In this document: positions 21,329 to 30,163 of the stretch, piece after piece
Layout: each line of letters begins with the position of its first letter
Numbering within the stretch: the first letter of the stretch is position 1
Source: an uncultured Verrucomicrobiae bacterium
Lineage (GTDB): Bacteria > Verrucomicrobiota > Verrucomicrobiia > Chthoniobacterales > UBA10450
Direction of reading: 5' to 3'
Assembly (NCBI GenBank): GCA_963815455.1
Contig: CAWFGO010000001.1
Coordinates: 544,001-608,000 of the forward strand
DNA length: 64,000 bases
Translations under genes and position numbers: made by a program
The notes under the pieces: model-generated
Database searches by the model: none
The model's input: only the letters and a program-made list of their open reading frames with translations
What the model was told of the DNA's origin: nothing

Positions 21329-21559
21329 GTGGCGGACAAAGCAAACAAGCAGCCCGAGAATGTTCCCGGGCCCTGGTATGTGGATACGACCTGCACGCCG
21401 TGCGGCGTTTGTCTGGATCAAGCGTCGAAACTTATCAAATATAACAAGGACGAAACGGCGGTTTACTTTTTCAAACAACCGGCGACCGACGAAGAACGGG
21501 CTGCGGCGCAACGGGCAGCGGAAGTTTGTCCCACCCTGGCCATCGGAAACGACGGTTAG
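21329..21559 (+). CDS. Ferredoxin (single 4Fe-4S type)
   Basis: CTPCGVC ... CP; N(V)PG(P)WYVD N-terminal motif. Confidence 0.88.
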   Translation: MADKANKQPENVPGPWYVDTTCTPCGVCLDQASKLIKYNKDETAVYFFKQPATDEERAAAQRAAEVCPTLAIGNDG

Positions 21560-21633
21560 TTCTGCAGCGGCGAACGCGCGGAAATTAGCTTAGAATATTT
21601 GCGACGGTGGCAGACTGCCGCTACAGAAGTGAC

Positions 21634-22803
21634 ATGGCAGAAGTTACTGCTCCACCAAAACCTGCAGCGCCGGCTTCGCCTTGGACGCGGAGCAATCCGT
21701 TTCCCGGCAAACTCGCGGTCAATCGACGTTTAAGCGGACCGGAATCGGCCAAGGATACGCGGCATTTTGAGATCGATCTCACCGGCTGGGGACTGAGCTT
21801 CGAAGTGGGCGACTCGGTGGCGGTCTATCCAACGAACGATCCAAAGCTCGTCGAAGAAATCATTCGTGCGCTCGGCGCGAAGGGCGATGAAACGGTGCCC
21901 GCTGCCAAAACTCAAAAAAGTCTGCGCGAGGCGCTGCTGCGCGATTATTCCATCACCCAGCCAACGCCGAAGTTCTTGAGGGCGATTGCGGATCGGTGCG
22001 AATCGGCGCCGTTGCTGAAGGAATTGTTGCACCCCGAGCGCAAACAGGATCTCGAGAATCATGTTTGGGGCATGGAAGTGATCGATTTTCTGGTCGACCA
22101 TCCTTCCGCCAAATTTACGCCAGAAGAATTCGTCGGGCTGCTCACGAAACTGCAGCCACGGCTTTACTCCGTCGCCTCGAGCCTCCGCGTCTTCCCCGAT
22201 CAAGTGCATTTCATTATCGATGTTGTCCGTTACGAAAGTCATGGCCGCGTGCGCAAAGGCGTGGCCTCGACGTTTCTGGCCGAGCGGGCGGACAACGTTC
22301 CAGTGCCGGTTTATCCCAGCCTGGCAAAACATTTTCATCTGCCGGAAAATGGGGACATACCGCTCATCATGGTTGGACCCGGTACCGGCGTCGCGCCGTT
22401 CCGCGCGTTTTTACAGGATCGACAAGCGACCGGCGCGAAGGGAAAGAACTGGCTCTTCTTCGGGGCGCAAAAGGAAAGCTGCGATTATTCTTACAAAGAG
22501 GATTTCGCGCGGTTCAAACATGACGGGATTCTTACCCGGCTCGATTGCGCCTGGTCGCGCGATCAAGCCCACAAAATTTATGTCCAGAACCGGATGCTGG
22601 AGAATGCCGCAGAAATTTGGAAATGGATCGACAGCGAAGGCGCGCAGTTTTTTGTATGCGGCGACGCGCGGCGGATGGCCAAGGATGTCGATGCTGCGTT
22701 GCGACAGATTGTGCAGGAGCACGGCGGGAAATCGCCCGATGACGCCAACGCCTACGTCGAGAAACTTAAGAGCGACAAGCGCTACAAGCGCGACGTGTAC
22801 TGA
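21634..22803 (+). CDS. CysJ-like FAD/NADPH flavoprotein lacking the flavodoxin domain
   Basis: RLYSVASS, GVAS, GPGTGVAPFR, VCGDA, RYKRDVY; only about 390 aa. Confidence 0.88.
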   Translation: MAEVTAPPKPAAPASPWTRSNPFPGKLAVNRRLSGPESAKDTRHFEIDLTGWGLSFEVGDSVAVYPTNDPKLVEEIIRALGAKGDETVPAAKTQKSLREALLRDYSITQPTPKFLRAIADRCESAPLLKELLHPERKQDLENHVWGMEVIDFLVDHPSAKFTPEEFVGLLTKLQPRLYSVASSLRVFPDQVHFIIDVVRYESHGRVRKGVASTFLAERADNVPVPVYPSLAKHFHLPENGDIPLIMVGPGTGVAPFRAFLQDRQATGAKGKNWLFFGAQKESCDYSYKEDFARFKHDGILTRLDCAWSRDQAHKIYVQNRMLENAAEIWKWIDSEGAQFFVCGDARRMAKDVDAALRQIVQEHGGKSPDDANAYVEKLKSDKRYKRDVY

Positions 22804-22865
22804 TGGAGTATTGGAGTGCTGGAGCAATGAGGCGATAGTTTTCGAGCCATTGCTCCACCACTCAT
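22803..22865. repeat. Inverted 8-mer tandem arrays, intergenic
   Basis: tggagtat tggagtgc tggagcaa tg ... cattgctcca ccactc. Confidence 0.7.
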
Positions 22866-24405
22866 GAATACCCCGGTCCCGAGACGCAACGCGCTCCTGA
22901 TCACCGCCCTGGCCCCGGTCATCCCGCAAATTTTCGGCAGCATCTTCAATATTTGGTACAACATGGTCGTGATCAATCCGCTGCTTTCGGCAGCGGCCCT
23001 GCAGCAGCGCTTTCTTGCGACTGTCATTGTTTGGAATGTCATCGCTTATCCCGCCGCGGTTGCGCTCTGGGTGTGGCTGATTCTTTCGCTGCGACCGGCC
23101 TTTCGCCAATTGCTTCGAGGCGAAGCTGTTCCGCCGGCGGACACGTTGGAAGTGGCACGACGGCGGCTGGTTCATTTGCCCTGGTATGGTGCTGCGATTT
23201 CCGGCGTCGCGTGGCTGCTCGGGGCCGCGGTGTTTCCGATTTCCTTGTCGCTTGGCGGTCATCCCATGGATCCGCAGTTGCTCTGGCATCTGCCGATTTC
23301 GTTCGCGGTGTCGGGGTTCATTGCCCTCACCCAAAGTTTTTTTCTGATCGAATGGTCGAGCCAATGGGGATTATACCCGGCGTTCTTTCAAGATGTGCGG
23401 CCGGACCGTTTGAAGGGGATCCATCCGATTTCGTTGCGCACCCGCGGCCTGATGTGGGTAATTTCCACCGGCATTTGCCCGATTGCGTCACTTTTGCTTT
23501 TGATTTTTGCGCCGGCCGCGCCGGGAACCAATCCCCAATGGTTCGGTCTTTTTGTCGGCACGATTAGCATCGTTTTCGGGCTTGGTTCGGCATTACTGAT
23601 TGGCCATTCGGTGGCACAACCGGTCGATCAATTACGCGTTGCCGCCCAATCCATCACCGACGGCAACCTCGATGTGCACGTCCCATTGCAGCGGGCAGAC
23701 GAATTCGGCGCGCTCATCGGCGAGTTCAATCATATGGTGACCGGCCTGCGCGAAAAAGAGCACTTGCGCAACACCTTCGGCTTGCACGTCGGACGAAAAG
23801 CGGCTGAACAAATCCTGGCCCGCGATCCCGGGCTTGGCGGCACCGAGCAGGAGATCACGGTCATGTTTGTCGATATTCGCTCGTTCACCGCGCGCTCGGC
23901 CCATTTGTCGCCTAGCGAAGCCGTCAATCTGCTCAATGAATTCCTGCGCGTGATGGTCGAAGCCGTGGAAGGAGAGCACGGGGGCATGATTAACAAATTT
24001 CTCGGTGACGGGTTCATGGCTCTTTTTGGCGTCGAAAGCCATGCCCACAATCACGCCGATCGCGCGGTGGCATCGGGGCGATCAATGCAGCGCGCGCTGG
24101 AGCGGCTGAATCTGCAGCGCGTCCAGCTCGGCCAGGATGCGATTGCCATCGGCATTGGCATTAACACTGGCCCGGTCATCGTCGGCAGCATCGGTTCCCC
24201 GGAACGCATGGAGTTCACGGTAATTGGCAACACAGTCAATGTGGCATCGCGCATCGAGGGATTGAACAAAACGCTCGGCACCACGTTGCTCATGAGCAAG
24301 ACAACCCGGGATGCGTTGCAACGCCCGCCGCAGTTACGACCCCTGCCGGCGCAACCGGTAAAAGGCGTGGACCAGCCGGTGGAAATTTTTACGATCGAGA
24401 GCTAG
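22864..24405 (+). CDS. Membrane class III adenylate/guanylate cyclase with HAMP domain
   Basis: TM helices, HAMP (DEFGALIGEFN), VMFVDIRSFT, KFLGDG, IGNTVNVASRIE. Confidence 0.92.
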   Translation: MNTPVPRRNALLITALAPVIPQIFGSIFNIWYNMVVINPLLSAAALQQRFLATVIVWNVIAYPAAVALWVWLILSLRPAFRQLLRGEAVPPADTLEVARRRLVHLPWYGAAISGVAWLLGAAVFPISLSLGGHPMDPQLLWHLPISFAVSGFIALTQSFFLIEWSSQWGLYPAFFQDVRPDRLKGIHPISLRTRGLMWVISTGICPIASLLLLIFAPAAPGTNPQWFGLFVGTISIVFGLGSALLIGHSVAQPVDQLRVAAQSITDGNLDVHVPLQRADEFGALIGEFNHMVTGLREKEHLRNTFGLHVGRKAAEQILARDPGLGGTEQEITVMFVDIRSFTARSAHLSPSEAVNLLNEFLRVMVEAVEGEHGGMINKFLGDGFMALFGVESHAHNHADRAVASGRSMQRALERLNLQRVQLGQDAIAIGIGINTGPVIVGSIGSPERMEFTVIGNTVNVASRIEGLNKTLGTTLLMSKTTRDALQRPPQLRPLPAQPVKGVDQPVEIFTIES

Positions 24406-24806
24406 GCGAAGATGCTCGCCAGATGCGGCCAAAAAATGAGCGCCCCGATTATGACGGCTGCGATTGCAGTGACGAGCACCGCGCCCGCCGCGACATCCTT
24501 GGCGTCGCGCACCAAGGGGTGAAACTCGGGTGAAGCGGCATCGGCCAGAAATTCAAAAGCGGTATTAAGCGCCTCCGCTGTCCACACGATCGCCATGGCA
24601 AGCACGATCCAGCACCATTCAGCGCGCGTTAGTTGAAGGAAAAATCCGCCCGCGAGCACGATTATCGTCGATGCAGCGTGAATCCAGGCATTGTGTTGGC
24701 ATCGGATCATGCGAAGGATACCTGTGATAGCGTGACGGAAACTTCGAATCCGCCCCGTGAATTCGAAGGGCCGCGTTTCAAAGACGCCATGTGACGTGCG
24801 CTTCAC
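24402..24806 (-). CDS. Prokaryotic diacylglycerol/undecaprenol kinase (DgkA family)
   Basis: SFRHAITG, EALNTAFE, AKDVAAGAV. Start uncertain (GTG 24806 chosen). Confidence 0.85.
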   Translation of the reverse strand: MKRTSHGVFETRPFEFTGRIRSFRHAITGILRMIRCQHNAWIHAASTIIVLAGGFFLQLTRAEWCWIVLAMAIVWTAEALNTAFEFLADAASPEFHPLVRDAKDVAAGAVLVTAIAAVIIGALIFWPHLASIFA

Positions 24807-24828
24807 AATAAATCGCGCCAATCGATTC

Positions 24829-25446
24829 TCACTTATGATCTCCGTCCCAGGTTTTCTTCTGGAACGATTCGCGGCCCGATCCTTTCTCGAACGCCTCGAA
24901 GTGTTCCGGATTCTGCCGGTAATATTTTTGATGATACTCTTCGGCTGGCCAAAATTTTGTCGCCGGAAGAATTTCGGTTGCAATCAGTTCCTTAAACTTC
25001 CCCGAGTGCGCCAACTTTTCTTTTGAGGCTTCGGCGATCTTTTTTTCCTCAGCGTTGCTGAAAAAAATCGCGGCCCGATAACTCGGACCGATGTCGGTGA
25101 ACTGGCCATCGGCCTGGGTCGGGTCGATCTGTCGCCAGTAAATATCGAGCAACTGATTGTAGGAAATTTTCGATGGATCGTAAGTGATCTCGATCGATTC
25201 CCGGTATTTCGTCTTTTCCGAAGTGACGAGGGCATAGGTCGGATTGGGTTCGGTTCCTCCGCAATAGCCGACCACGGTCTTGATCACGCCATCGGCTTTG
25301 TCGAACGCAGGCTGAATGCACCAAAAACAGCCGCCGGCAAAAACAGCGGTTTTGGTTGCGACGGGCGACGAATCTTGCGCCGAGGCAAGATAGGCGGCCA
25401 GGCCGAGGAACAGTCCGACGATCAACACCGGGAGAATCTTTCTCAT
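24829..25446 (-). CDS. msrA: Peptide methionine sulfoxide reductase A, with signal peptide
   Basis: GGCFWC, DGQFTDIG, AEEYHQKYY. Confidence 0.95.
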   Translation of the reverse strand: MRKILPVLIVGLFLGLAAYLASAQDSSPVATKTAVFAGGCFWCIQPAFDKADGVIKTVVGYCGGTEPNPTYALVTSEKTKYRESIEITYDPSKISYNQLLDIYWRQIDPTQADGQFTDIGPSYRAAIFFSNAEEKKIAEASKEKLAHSGKFKELIATEILPATKFWPAEEYHQKYYRQNPEHFEAFEKGSGRESFQKKTWDGDHK

Positions 25447-25463
25447 GCGGTCATTTTAGCATA

Positions 25464-26150
25464 ATGGCGGCGGGGACGCTCCTGGTGGTTGCGTGGTTGA
25501 ATCACGTCGCGGCAACGACGATTTTATCCGCGTGGTCGGAACTAATCCCGGAATCGTACGTCGCGCGGCTCGATCTGCCGAAAATTTTTGGGCGGATCGC
25601 GCCGTTGCATGTCGATCTTGGTTGCGGCGACGGATCGTTTCTTGCCGCGCTGGCCGAGCGGAATCCGGAAAAGAACTTTCTTGGAATCGAGCGGCGGGCC
25701 GGGCGCGTTGGCAAAGCCTGCCGAAAAGCCGGTCCGAGCCGGACTGGCGATCCGAGCCGGATTGGCGGCAGGATCGACAATATGCGGGTTCTGCATTTGG
25801 AAACTTCTTACGCTGTCCGGTATTTGTTGCCGGAGCAATCGGTGGCGACATTTTATCTTTTGTTTCCCGACCCGTGGCCGAAGCGGCGTCATCAACGCCG
25901 GCGCGTGGTGTCGCCGGATTTTCTGCAATCGATCCATCGCGCGCTGGCGCCAGGCGGGGTTCTCCAAATCGCGACCGATCAACTCGATTACTTCCAGCAG
26001 ATGCAAAGTTTGACGGAAAACGGTCCTCAATTTGAGAAGATCGACATCGGCGTGGATGATCTTCCGAAAACCAAGTTCGAGCGCATTTTTCAGCAACAAG
26101 GCGCGCCGATCTATCGATGTTCGCTGCGGAAGATTTCGCCGGTGATGTAG
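25464..26150 (+). CDS. trmB: tRNA (guanine-N7)-methyltransferase
   Basis: DLGCGDG, NFLGIE, FPDPWPKRRHQRRR, ATD, TKFE. Start uncertain. Confidence 0.9.
   Translation: MAAGTLLVVAWLNHVAATTILSAWSELIPESYVARLDLPKIFGRIAPLHVDLGCGDGSFLAALAERNPEKNFLGIERRAGRVGKACRKAGPSRTGDPSRIGGRIDNMRVLHLETSYAVRYLLPEQSVATFYLLFPDPWPKRRHQRRRVVSPDFLQSIHRALAPGGVLQIATDQLDYFQQMQSLTENGPQFEKIDIGVDDLPKTKFERIFQQQGAPIYRCSLRKISPVM
25731..25766 (+). repeat. Two tandem 18-bp hairpin units in frame within trmB
   Basis: ggtccgagccggactggc / gatccgagccggattggc. Confidence 0.9.
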
Positions 26151-28412
26151 CTCTCGGCCTCCCAGTTGCGCCGACCAAATCGCAGGATCACCGCGCCGGT
26201 CTCATCCTGGCGGAAAAGCTTGATCCCGCGCGCCGCGGATCCTGGCGGCCCATTCGTCGTTGATTCGTTCGTTTTCTGGAAATTCGCGCGACGTGGCGAT
26301 AATCAATCTTGGCTGAACAGCGTCCAGAAAGGCATCGGAACCGGAGATTCCCGAAGGATGTTGTCCTTTAACGAGAATGTCGCTTCGCAAATCTTGACCG
26401 GAGCTGAGAAGGCGCCGTTCGGTTTCTTCACCGGCATCCGACACGAACAAGATAGACCCGGACGAACCGACGACCAGCCGAATGACATATGCTTGATCGT
26501 CTACTCTTGTCGTTGGCAGAACTCGCGGGGGATAGAGAATGTGCGCCGTGACGTTGCGTGAAAGCCGGAAATTATCGCCCAGAACCAGATCGTCTCGTTT
26601 GATTCCCTGTTCCTTTAAAAGGCTACGCAATCGCTGATGAACACGCGATCTATCCGGCAACGGATTGTCGATTACACGCGCGGGTCGAAGATCGCCTAGC
26701 AAAGGCGCGGCGCCACCGATGTGGGCCGAGTCGCCGTGGGTCAGAACCAAACCATGAAGCCGGTTTACGCCCGACCAGTGTAAATATTCGCGAAGAGTGC
26801 GGGCGTAATTTCGTTCGCTTCCGCAATCGAGCAGCCAGTTGGCGCCACCGGCCCGGATATGAACGGCCGCGCCTGTGCCAACGTCGAGCACCGTGACCCT
26901 GGCAACAAGGTTTTCGGGCCCATGTGGATGTTCGACATAAAAATGTCCGCCCGGAATCTGGGCAAATAGATGAACAATTCCCAGGACAAGCTTCGCCAAA
27001 GACCAGTTCGCGTTGTTAAAAACGACGGAGAGCCAGGGGATTAGCGGCGCAAAGAGAAGCGAGAGCAGTGCGATTGCCAGGATGAAGAAAGCGAGCGGGA
27101 CGACAAGCAGATTCGCCAATAATGAGATCGGCGTGACCAGGTGAAAATACCAGAGGATGAGCAGGAGCGAGCCAGTCCATGCGGCAAGCGAGACGGCTGC
27201 CCCCTGACAAAGCCATTCGAAACACGCGTGCAGCCAATATCGCGGGCCGCGCAGCAAACTTCGCGGCACGAAAGGATCAGGCGCGCCCCAGCCCTGAAGA
27301 AATCCGGAGAGCGGATCTGCCAGCAAAACAATCGCGCTGACTACGGCAAAGGAGAGTTGGAATCCGGCGGAAAATAATTCGTTCGTATTCCAGCAGAGAA
27401 GAAAAAATGCGGCACCGGCCAGGCTGTTGAGCAGGAAAACTTTTCGTTCGAAAAAAATGCCGCCGAGCAGGATCGAGCCCATAACCGCAGCGCGCACACT
27501 TGAAACATGCAACCCAGTCACTGCCGCATAGAAGAAAAGCGCTGGAATGATGAGGACGGTTGCCCATTTTTGCGAAAGCCGGGCCACACTGGTCAATATC
27601 CAGAGTAGCGACGCAAAGATTCCCACGTGCAGACCGGCGACGGCGAAAAGATGCAGCGTGCCTGTTTGTTGAAACGGTTCCTCAATGTCCTCTGGTGTCT
27701 GGCGCCTGAGGCCGAGCGCGATGCCGCTAATGAAGCCCTGCACGTCAGGCGAGTCTTCCAATCCGCGACAAAGCGCGTATTGCAGCCAGGCTCGCGACTT
27801 CTGGGCGCCTCGAAGGACAAAATTTCCCCCGCCCTGACGAAGCACGACGCCGTCCTCCTCATAACGGACGAATAAGGTTCTGCGAATGTCGTCGCGCGCG
27901 AGATAAGCGCGCAGATCGAACTCGCCCGGGTTCCGCGACGGTGCAATCGGCTCCGCCATTCCAAAAAGTTTCAATTCGTCGCCAAATACGGGTTTGCCAC
28001 GCCAGCGGACAAACCATGTCGTATCTCCGAGCTGCGTTTTTCCTTCAAACTCAATCGACTCGAGCTTGAGCAGAAAGCTGGCGAATCCACTCGGCGCGAT
28101 TTTGGGTTCGCTGACCACCGAGCCAAGCACGCTAACGACTCGCGGACGGTCTCCAAGTTGAGCGGCCAATCGCTCGCCTACAGTGTCCGTCGTGCGAAAG
28201 TTATGCAGCAGGAAAAAGCACACGCCGACAATCGCATAGGTCGCGATCAAGACGGGACGGAGCAAGGCGACCAGACCACAGGCCGCAACCGAAATGGCAG
28301 TCACGACAAGCGCAGACGAAGGGAGCGGATAGAAGTCCGCCAGAATAATTCCGAGTCCCGCTGCCAGGGCTAAGCCGACAAACGGCTGGCGCGGTGCACT
28401 CAGCAACTTCAT
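26111..28412 (-). CDS. comEC: ComEC/Rec2 competence protein (frameshift near 26235)
   Basis: HLFAVAGLH, RNPGEFD, metallo-beta-lactamase-like THGDSAHIGG. The shifted frame continues GIKLFRQDETGAV...SEHR* to 26111. Confidence 0.9.
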
Positions 28413-28479
28413 CGACCGGCTTTTCGCTCATTCGGGCCTGGTTAGGCAAGCCTCAATCGCGTGGTCGCTCACTAAATTA

Positions 28480-29148
28480 TCACACAAACGATCTGATAAG
28501 ATCGACATCCTTGCGCGTGATATTGGGAACGACGGCGCCGTCAGCCGGATGGCCCACCACCAGGAGCAGAAATGGTTTTTCATAATTCGGGCGTTTCAGA
28601 ATTCGATTCAGGAAGGCCATCGGGCTGGGTGTGTGCGTAAGCGAGGCGAGCCCGGCCTGATGAATCGCTGCAACAAGGAAACCGGTGGCGATACCGACCG
28701 ATTCGGTCGCGTAGTAATGTTTCATCCGCCGACCATCAGGCAAGATCTTGTATGGTTGGGAAAAGACCCCGATCAACCAGGGCGCGATCTCCAGAAACGG
28801 CTTGTGCCAGTCGGTGCCAATCGGCGCCAGCGCTTCAAGCCATTCTTTCGGCGCGCGATGCTGGTAAAACTCGCGCTCCTCGCTCTCAGCTCCGATGCGG
28901 ATCTCATGTTTGATCGCCGGATCGCTGATCGCCACAAAATGCCACGGTTGCAGGTTCGCTCCGCTCGGCGCGCTCCCGGCCACGCGCAGGCAATCCTCGA
29001 TCACTTCACGGGCGATTGGCCGCTCGGAGAAATCCCGCACGGTCCGCCGTTGGGCCATCATTTTGGCAAACGTTGCGACTTTCGTTGCGACGTCGGAATC
29101 CGAAACGCTCGGCCGTTGCGGCAAGGGGATAAAGTGCGGCTTGCTCAT
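28480..29148 (-). CDS. Nitroreductase family protein, iodotyrosine deiodinase-like
   Basis: RRTVRDFS, APSGANLQPW, EEREFY, LTHTPSPM. Confidence 0.85.
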   Translation of the reverse strand: MSKPHFIPLPQRPSVSDSDVATKVATFAKMMAQRRTVRDFSERPIAREVIEDCLRVAGSAPSGANLQPWHFVAISDPAIKHEIRIGAESEEREFYQHRAPKEWLEALAPIGTDWHKPFLEIAPWLIGVFSQPYKILPDGRRMKHYYATESVGIATGFLVAAIHQAGLASLTHTPSPMAFLNRILKRPNYEKPFLLLVVGHPADGAVVPNITRKDVDLIRSFV

Positions 29149-29223
29149 GGCGCACAATTTAGCGGCGCGAGCACGGATATGCTAAGAAAGATCGCTGGCT
29201 TTTGCATACCTCGCGCATCTGCA

Positions 29224-29259
29224 TTGCAAATCTGCCATAAGTGCGCCATGGTTGTGGCA
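29224..29259 (+). promoter_or_regulatory. Putative TA promoter/operator
   Basis: TTGCAA-17 nt-CATGGT, overlapped by the inverted repeat tgccataa/ttgtggca, directly before the ATG at 29259. Confidence 0.45.
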
Positions 29260-29507
29260 TGACAGCAACCATACGACTGGACGAATCGAACCGGATTGTT
29301 CTTTCTCGCGATTTGCGGCGGGCGGCGGGCATTGCCGCCGGCCAAATCCTTCAAGCCTCGGCCGTGCCCGGGCGCATAGTGATTGAGGCGGCGGCCAACC
29401 CACGAGGCAAAATTGTCAAACGCGGCCGGCTGAAGGTGTGGACTGGCGCCGTGCCGCGCACGCCGCTGGCAGAAGCAGTCGAGCAAGCTCGTCGTTACGA
29501 GCGATGA
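29259..29507 (+). CDS. AbrB/MazE-like antitoxin
   Basis: MTATIRLDESNRIVLSRDLRRAAGI; ATGA overlap with the PIN gene. Confidence 0.8.
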   Translation: MTATIRLDESNRIVLSRDLRRAAGIAAGQILQASAVPGRIVIEAAANPRGKIVKRGRLKVWTGAVPRTPLAEAVEQARRYER

Positions 29508-29906
29508 CATTTCTCGACACCGGCATCCTGGTCGGAGCGTTGCTGGCAAAACACCCCGAACACACCAAATGCATCGCGGCGCTTGAACAATTTAAGGATT
29601 GCTTCACCGATGCCCACGCCTTGGCGGAAACGTTCGCGACCCTCACCGGCGCGTATCAAGTTCCCACAGGAATTGCCGCCGAGTTGACTCTGAGCTTGCG
29701 ACAAAAACTCACCATCGAGCCGCTCGCGATGAAGGATTACGAGACAGCCATCAGTGAGGCACGTAGCCGCGGTGTGATGGGTGGCGGCATCTACGATTCT
29801 CTGCACGCACACGTTCGCCCGGCGCAAAGGCGTCGAGCGCATTGTAACGCGCAATCCCTCCCATTTCGCGCATACAGCGCCCGATATCGAAGTGCTGACG
29901 CCTTGA
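29504..29906 (+). CDS. PIN-domain (VapC-like) toxin; frameshift near 29810
   Basis: FLDTGIL, LAE, IYDSLH; the shifted frame ends IVTRNPSHF...EVLTP*. Confidence 0.85.
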
Positions 29907-30163
29907 TGCTGCCGCTCTCTTCCTTTATTTCCGGAAGTCACTGGTCCGCTCGCGCCTCATCGCGGGCCTCCGCAACAAAACGAAAGTATGGCCCGCGGTT
30001 TGGGTAGTGGTACAGTTTCAAACTTTTCCCCGGCACGAGTGCAGCTTGTTCGAAAAGGTCCATCTTGGGGCGCCGCGTTTTGTTTTGCCAATAGGAGCCC
30101 CCATGCACTACAATCCGCGCGCAATCGGAACAGATGCTCCAGCCCGGGGCGGACCGAACACCT

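Noticed and set aside
26111..26150. Convergent 3' overlap of comEC and trmB as an antisense system
   Set aside because: A 40-bp tail-to-tail overlap is common in compact GC-rich genomes.
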